DNA from: an uncultured Flavobacterium sp.
GTDB lineage: Bacteria; Bacteroidota; Bacteroidia; Flavobacteriales; Flavobacteriaceae
NCBI RefSeq assembly: GCF_937967675.1
Contig: NZ_CALBSN010000090.1
Coordinates: forward strand, 6,851 to 70,850
Reading direction: 5' to 3'
DNA length: 64,000 nt
The notes below the pieces were generated by a model, which saw only the letters and a list, made by a program, of their open reading frames with translations, was not told the DNA's origin and did not search any database. The translations under genes were made by a program, and so were the position numbers. Positions 59,128 through 64,000 of this stretch are shown in pieces (the first letter of the stretch is position 1; every line of letters begins with the position of its first letter).

Positions 59128-59314
59128 TGTTTTAAAATTTAAATTTATAAATAATTTTTGTTTGCTTATTTCGGTAAACAAACTCTCTTTTCCTACATCT
59201 GTTTTTTTCTTTGAGTAACAGATAAATCTCTCAATTCGTAGCTACTGAATATTTTTAAGAACGTTGTATTATTCGCAATATTTTCACAAGGTTTCTGCTA
59301 ACTAGTAAATATCT

Positions 59315-59500
59315 TTAATTTTTACTTCTTTTTCTGTTGGTGCTATAAGTAGTACTAGGTTTTTCTTTAGCTTCTTTTTTTGTGACGTATCTACCTGTTT
59401 CAGCGCTTTTGTGCTGTTTGTAGGTTTTTGATTTTTTTTCTTGAGCATTGCTTGTTAAACTGAATGCTAGAGCTACTGCGAATAATAGAATTTTTTTCAT
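59315..59500 (-). CDS. Small secreted, highly basic peptide (61 aa), copy 2
   Basis: Differs from 53706-53891 only in the last roughly 8 residues (…TYSTNRKRSKN against …TYSVKRSRKSN). Confidence 0.6.
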   Translation of the reverse strand: MKKILLFAVALAFSLTSNAQEKKSKTYKQHKSAETGRYVTKKEAKEKPSTTYSTNRKRSKN

Positions 59501-59884
59501 GATGTATTTAGTTGTATATAAATGACTCCTAAAATAATATGTTTTAACTGTATATAATTACGGTGTTTTGCTACAAAATATTACGGTTTTACCGTAAAAA
59601 AAACACATAAAACACCGTAATTTTTTTAACTGTATAGTCATTACTTTGGTTGCTCAATTAATTACTAACCAAAACACAATTATTATGAATGAACAACTCC
59701 AGAATGTCAGACAAAAGGTATTCTTTGTCTTGTTCTTAGCCTCCTTTTTACTATTAGGAAGTGCTAAGGTTTACTCTCAGACTAATAGCGGACTTGCTAT
59801 TTCTTGGGATAAAGAAGTAGGCTGTCAGACCTATGATTATGATGACAGAAAGAAAGTCTTTATAGAAGATATAGGCGAATCGGA
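59350..59884. repeat. Direct repeat copy 2 (about 535 bp)
   Basis: See 53741-54276. Confidence 0.9.
59557..59621. promoter_or_regulatory. Second copy of the nested TTACGGT/ACCGTAA palindromes
   Basis: Identical to 53948-54012 (offset 5609). Lies between the divergent 61-aa peptide gene and the adhesin gene. Confidence 0.6.
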
Positions 59885-62800
59885 TTGTATTAGGATGTGT
59901 GAACAAAGTGTAGTTCACTATACCTTGACTAATTTACCAGCAGGTGCTACTACTACTTGGAGTGCTGGCGGTGGTGTTATTTCAAATGCAACCAACACTA
60001 GTTGTACTGTTAGTTGGGGTGCAGTAGGTACTGGTACTATCTCATTTACTATCGTGTCTGGTAGTACTATTATTTCTAAATCTTTATGTATAGAAAAAAT
60101 TGTTATTCCAACTGCTATGTTTCAGATAGCGCCATTGGATCAGTATTCGCCAGATGATACCATTTATCTTTGTAGTAATCAAGTGATTAATTTTATTAAT
60201 TTGTCTTCTGCTAATAATGGCAGTAGTTTAATTAGCTATCATTGGTTATTCAAGAATAATTCAACGGGAACTTTTACTACCTCTTCTGAGTTTCAACCTT
60301 CTCTAGCTTTCACTGAAGATGGTGAATATACAGCCATTTTGACTGTTACGAATGAATGTAATTGTACGAGTGAATTCCGATTAAAATTTGTTGTTAAAGG
60401 AAGAGGTTTTGAAATTTCTTGTCCTACTGTTATTTGTGAGGGACAATCTTCCATTTATTCTTTGCCTTTTGATGGTATGGAGATTTGTCATGAACACTTT
60501 AATTGGTCTGTAGTTGGTGGTCATGTTTTATCTGAAGGAGGTGGCAACATCGAAGTTTTGTGGGATGCTGTTGACCAAAATGGTTTTGGCTATGTGACCT
60601 TTTATCCTACAGATTGTCAATTGGATTGTTTAGAGCCAAGTACTATTAAGATTCCTGTAATTCAATCGCATGGAACCATACAAGGTCCTACTGATATTTG
60701 TTATGGTAGTCAAGGTAGGTACAAGTTACCTCAATGGCCTACCACAGATATTCAATGGGAAATTATTGGGAATTCTAATAATGATTTGGGTGAAGTAATA
60801 TTAACCGACCAGCGAAATGAAGTAATTGTTACGCCTTATACTTCAGGTACTATTACTTTGCGTGCCACTTATATGAACACCCTTTTGCATTGTGGTGGTG
60901 TAGCGACATTTGATATACTTATTTCAAAACCATTAGAAATTACTGGAGAAGAGAATGTTTGTCAGCATAATTCGTCTGTTTACACTACTACTAATGATGT
61001 TCAGGTTAATTGGACATTAACTACTATTACTGGTACTCCTATTTATACTTTAGCTAATAGTGTGAATTTTACTTATACGTTTAATCAAACAGGAAGTTAT
61101 ATTTTAAGTGCAGAACGTACAGGCTATTGTGCTGGTGAGCAGAAAATAATAACTGTAATTGCTAAACCGTCAGTACCACAAGGAGTAAATGGAACAACTG
61201 TAGTATGTCCTAATAGTCCCTATACTTATAGTGTTCAAAATCCAGATCCTCAAGCAAATTATGTATGGAGTGTAACAAATGGCACTATTTTGGGTTCGAA
61301 TATTGGTAATCAAGTTAATGTAACCTTTACGGGTTCATTGCCTCCTAGTATTGAAGTTAGAAGTGAAGTCTATGCACCTGTTGCTTGTTATTCAGACCCT
61401 GTAGTTTTACCACTTATTATTCAAGAAATTAATGCTGAAATTGTAGGAGCTTTAACCTCGGTTTGTGCCAATTCGGTAAGTACGTTTCAGTTGAATAATT
61501 TAGGTATTTCTACTTTATATACGGATTATGACAACGTAGTTTGGAGTATAGACGTTCCTTCTTTAGGAAGTGTTTCTGTTGGTCAAAATACCACTCAAAT
61601 CAGTGTCAATTGGAATCACACCACCATTACCACTCCAGTTAATTTGACTGCCACTATAACTAAATGTACTCTAACGGAAATAGTTTCAATACCTGTTACT
61701 ATTTTGGGTATTCCTGAAATTAGCATTTCGGGAGATACCACCATTTGTAGTGGTCAAGGTGCCTCTTTTTCAATAACTTCTTTGGGCTATACTTTTAATC
61801 CAACCACCCAAGTTATTTGGAATTTTGGATATGGCGATGTAATAGGGTCTTTGAATCAAATTTATAGCTTTAGCAATACTGGGACAACTAATCTTTTAAT
61901 GCCTGTAACCGCCTACATAGTAAATCCTAATGGCTGTACTGGTACTACAGCTATTGCTAATTTTTCTATTTTAGTATTACCTAGTCCAGTGGCAACAGCT
62001 TCATTATCTAGTGCTAATGGAAATACATTTTGTAGTAAATATGATATTAATGCCACATTGACTGCCGCTACAGGTTCTGCCGCAACCATTCAATGGTATT
62101 TGAATAGTGTTTCTAATCCTATTCCAGCATCTAACGGAGGGAATAGCACTACACTTCCAATTGGGATGAGTAATAATTTAGGCTTTGGAACTTATTTCTT
62201 TATCGCTACTTATGCCAATAATTGTACTTATACCTCAAATTATCAATATATTATCCAAAAATGTGGATCTCCTGATTTTTGCATATTAAATCCTGAACCC
62301 ATAGTTGCCAATAATTCGAATAATCAATGTGGACTTGTTACCATGACTGGTACAGCCAATCCATCTCCTGTATTAGAGAATTTTTCGATTATTGGGCCTC
62401 TTAATTACCAAACTGTTAATCAAGGCTTTACATTTACAGCTGTACCAGGAATTTACCACACTTTTTATAACACTTTTTATATGTGCGATGGTGAACTTTC
62501 TAAATTACAAACCTATAAAAAAATTACGGTGCCTTATGTTGCAAATCTTTCTTACTCTTCTGCCTGTGGTAATGACAATACCTTTAACGTCACTTTATTT
62601 GACCAAACAAGCTATTATGCTGCGGCAACAGGAGTTACCCATTCTTTTGAATACAGCTACAATGGTGGTGCTTGGCAACCTACTTCTGCAATTTTATCAA
62701 ACATAACTGCAGGAAATTACCAATTTAAGATTAAGGTAAATGGATTTGTAGATGGTGTGGCACAACCAGAATGTGAAAAAATTGTAACTGTTAGTTTACA

Positions 62801-64000
62801 ACCTATTCCTGATTTGAATATTGTTTTGTTGTCAGATTTAGATTGCCATGATTCGCCGGTTAAATTTGGATTAACTGGCTCTGGACTATTATCCATAACT
62901 TCTTTTTTATGGGATTTTGACGATGATGAAGCACAAAACACTATGCAACAACCTACCCGTGTATTTACTAATACTGGGGATCATGATGTTCAAGTTACAG
63001 TTAAAAACGCCTCGGGTTGTCAGCGTACTTTTGTACTTCCAATTACTGTCCCTGAGCCTTGTTTTGGAGGTGATATTACCACTACCAATGCTACCGTTTG
63101 TAAGGGTAATGTGGTTACTATGCATTATGTGCCAAGTAGCACGTTAAGTGAATGTACCGCTACGCAATATCAATGGATGAATGGCAATACGGTTGTTGCC
63201 ACTACAGCAGTTCCTACTTGGAGCACTGATGTAAACGGTGCTTATTGGGTACGTGTACTTAATGTCGATGAATGTAAATACAATACTCCTTCACGTGTAT
63301 CTCCAATGTTTATTACACCTCCAAGCATTAAGGTTGTTGGCGCTACTACTTTGTGTGCAGGAGAGGATTTTTCATTGCAAGCGATTACTAGTGCTACTAC
63401 TCTTACATGGAAATTAGACGGTGTAATACAAACTGCTTGGAGTAATCAACTGAATCCTGTATTCTCTGGTTTAACTGTAGGTAATCACACCTTAGAAGTT
63501 ACTGCTACAGCTCAAGGTTGTAGTCAAACCACGAGTATTGTATTGAATGTGGTACAACCACCACAGAACGTAAGTATAAACTCTCAACTTATTAGTTGTA
63601 CTCCTTATCTTATCAAACTTACAGCAACTGCTGTTGGAAGTTCTACTTTTAATTGGTCTAATGGAGCTACAGGATCTACAATAACTGTAACCGAAGGAGG
63701 TCCTTATAAAGTAACTGCTACAACAGGTGGTTGTAGTGCATCGACTCAAATAGATGTGCCTAAAAATCCAGAGAATTATATTTGGATTTTCCCTACGGGA
63801 TGTTATACGGACTGTTCTACTGAGACCAATTATTTGATAGGCCCTAGTTTGCCATTAAAAACTTGGAGTTGGAATATGGATGCGCAATCTGATGCTCATG
63901 GTTCCAATTCATATGCTAATCCTTATACTTTGATAAAAGATGCCGATTACACCTTAACTATAAATACAGGGTTATGTTCTTTGGAATCGGAACCTTTACA
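59685..64000 (+). CDS. Giant secreted cell-surface protein with repeated Cys-containing Ig/PKD-like modules (5-prime partial, runs off the window)
   Basis: I translated it by hand from the ATG at 59685 (frame 0 mod 3) and found no stop to position 64000, giving more than 1430 codons. Signal peptide VLFLASFLLLGSAKVYSQ. Recurrent …(I/V)C.G…/…GC… modules and a PKD-like WDFDDDE…H.V.V.V.N..GC motif. It is absent from the supplied ORF track, presumably because it has no stop in the window. Confidence 0.85.
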   Translation, partial: MNEQLQNVRQKVFFVLFLASFLLLGSAKVYSQTNSGLAISWDKEVGCQTYDYDDRKKVFIEDIGESDCIRMCEQSVVHYTLTNLPAGATTTWSAGGGVISNATNTSCTVSWGAVGTGTISFTIVSGSTIISKSLCIEKIVIPTAMFQIAPLDQYSPDDTIYLCSNQVINFINLSSANNGSSLISYHWLFKNNSTGTFTTSSEFQPSLAFTEDGEYTAILTVTNECNCTSEFRLKFVVKGRGFEISCPTVICEGQSSIYSLPFDGMEICHEHFNWSVVGGHVLSEGGGNIEVLWDAVDQNGFGYVTFYPTDCQLDCLEPSTIKIPVIQSHGTIQGPTDICYGSQGRYKLPQWPTTDIQWEIIGNSNNDLGEVILTDQRNEVIVTPYTSGTITLRATYMNTLLHCGGVATFDILISKPLEITGEENVCQHNSSVYTTTNDVQVNWTLTTITGTPIYTLANSVNFTYTFNQTGSYILSAERTGYCAGEQKIITVIAKPSVPQGVNGTTVVCPNSPYTYSVQNPDPQANYVWSVTNGTILGSNIGNQVNVTFTGSLPPSIEVRSEVYAPVACYSDPVVLPLIIQEINAEIVGALTSVCANSVSTFQLNNLGISTLYTDYDNVVWSIDVPSLGSVSVGQNTTQISVNWNHTTITTPVNLTATITKCTLTEIVSIPVTILGIPEISISGDTTICSGQGASFSITSLGYTFNPTTQVIWNFGYGDVIGSLNQIYSFSNTGTTNLLMPVTAYIVNPNGCTGTTAIANFSILVLPSPVATASLSSANGNTFCSKYDINATLTAATGSAATIQWYLNSVSNPIPASNGGNSTTLPIGMSNNLGFGTYFFIATYANNCTYTSNYQYIIQKCGSPDFCILNPEPIVANNSNNQCGLVTMTGTANPSPVLENFSIIGPLNYQTVNQGFTFTAVPGIYHTFYNTFYMCDGELSKLQTYKKITVPYVANLSYSSACGNDNTFNVTLFDQTSYYAAATGVTHSFEYSYNGGAWQPTSAILSNITAGNYQFKIKVNGFVDGVAQPECEKIVTVSLQPIPDLNIVLLSDLDCHDSPVKFGLTGSGLLSITSFLWDFDDDEAQNTMQQPTRVFTNTGDHDVQVTVKNASGCQRTFVLPITVPEPCFGGDITTTNATVCKGNVVTMHYVPSSTLSECTATQYQWMNGNTVVATTAVPTWSTDVNGAYWVRVLNVDECKYNTPSRVSPMFITPPSIKVVGATTLCAGEDFSLQAITSATTLTWKLDGVIQTAWSNQLNPVFSGLTVGNHTLEVTATAQGCSQTTSIVLNVVQPPQNVSINSQLISCTPYLIKLTATAVGSSTFNWSNGATGSTITVTEGGPYKVTATTGGCSASTQIDVPKNPENYIWIFPTGCYTDCSTETNYLIGPSLPLKTWSWNMDAQSDAHGSNSYANPYTLIKDADYTLTINTGLCSLESEPL

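Noticed and set aside
62392-63749. Tracked ORFs 62392-62706, 62717-62941, 62907-63125, 62917-63147 and 63492-63749.
   Set aside because: All lie inside, and out of frame with or antisense to, the long open adhesin frame that starts at 59685.

Overview
Low-GC Bacteroidota (Flavobacterium-like) chromosomal segment; the assignment is inferred from TAnnTTTG-type promoter boxes, DUF1573 lipoproteins, a long-form NusB and a Cys-rich giant adhesin. 0-30 kb holds densely packed conserved housekeeping genes: ribBA, LptF/G-type permease, lolA-like, ftsK, dgkA, tpx, DEAD-box helicase, hemN, trxA, ABC exporter, Leu-dehydrogenase-type enzyme, nusB, yajC, pepT and katG. 30-34 kb holds lipoproteins, two paralogous polytopic membrane proteins and a HisKA_3 kinase / LuxR-type response regulator pair. 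About 34-59 kb is an accessory mosaic in which I see no integrase, transposase or tRNA. It contains a small lysis-like cassette, a DUF4365-TPR nuclease beside a short Shedu-like (DUF4263) nuclease, and an ORF-poor G-rich 1-kb segment. Its core is a tightly coupled six-gene minus-strand array: AAA+ ATPase + S8 protease (IetAS-like), a 1480-aa Mrr-like nuclease-STAND NTPase (Avs-like), an orphan HNH protein, and an ABC-like ATPase + HNH pair (Septu-like). A 535-bp direct repeat (53741-54276 / 59350-59884) brackets a further roughly 5-kb cassette of small minus-strand genes and duplicates the 5-prime end of a giant secreted adhesin gene. That adhesin ORF (59685 to the window end) is open throughout but absent from the supplied ORF track. 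No rRNA, tRNA or CRISPR array was recognised. All family assignments come from motif reading by eye, not from database searches.
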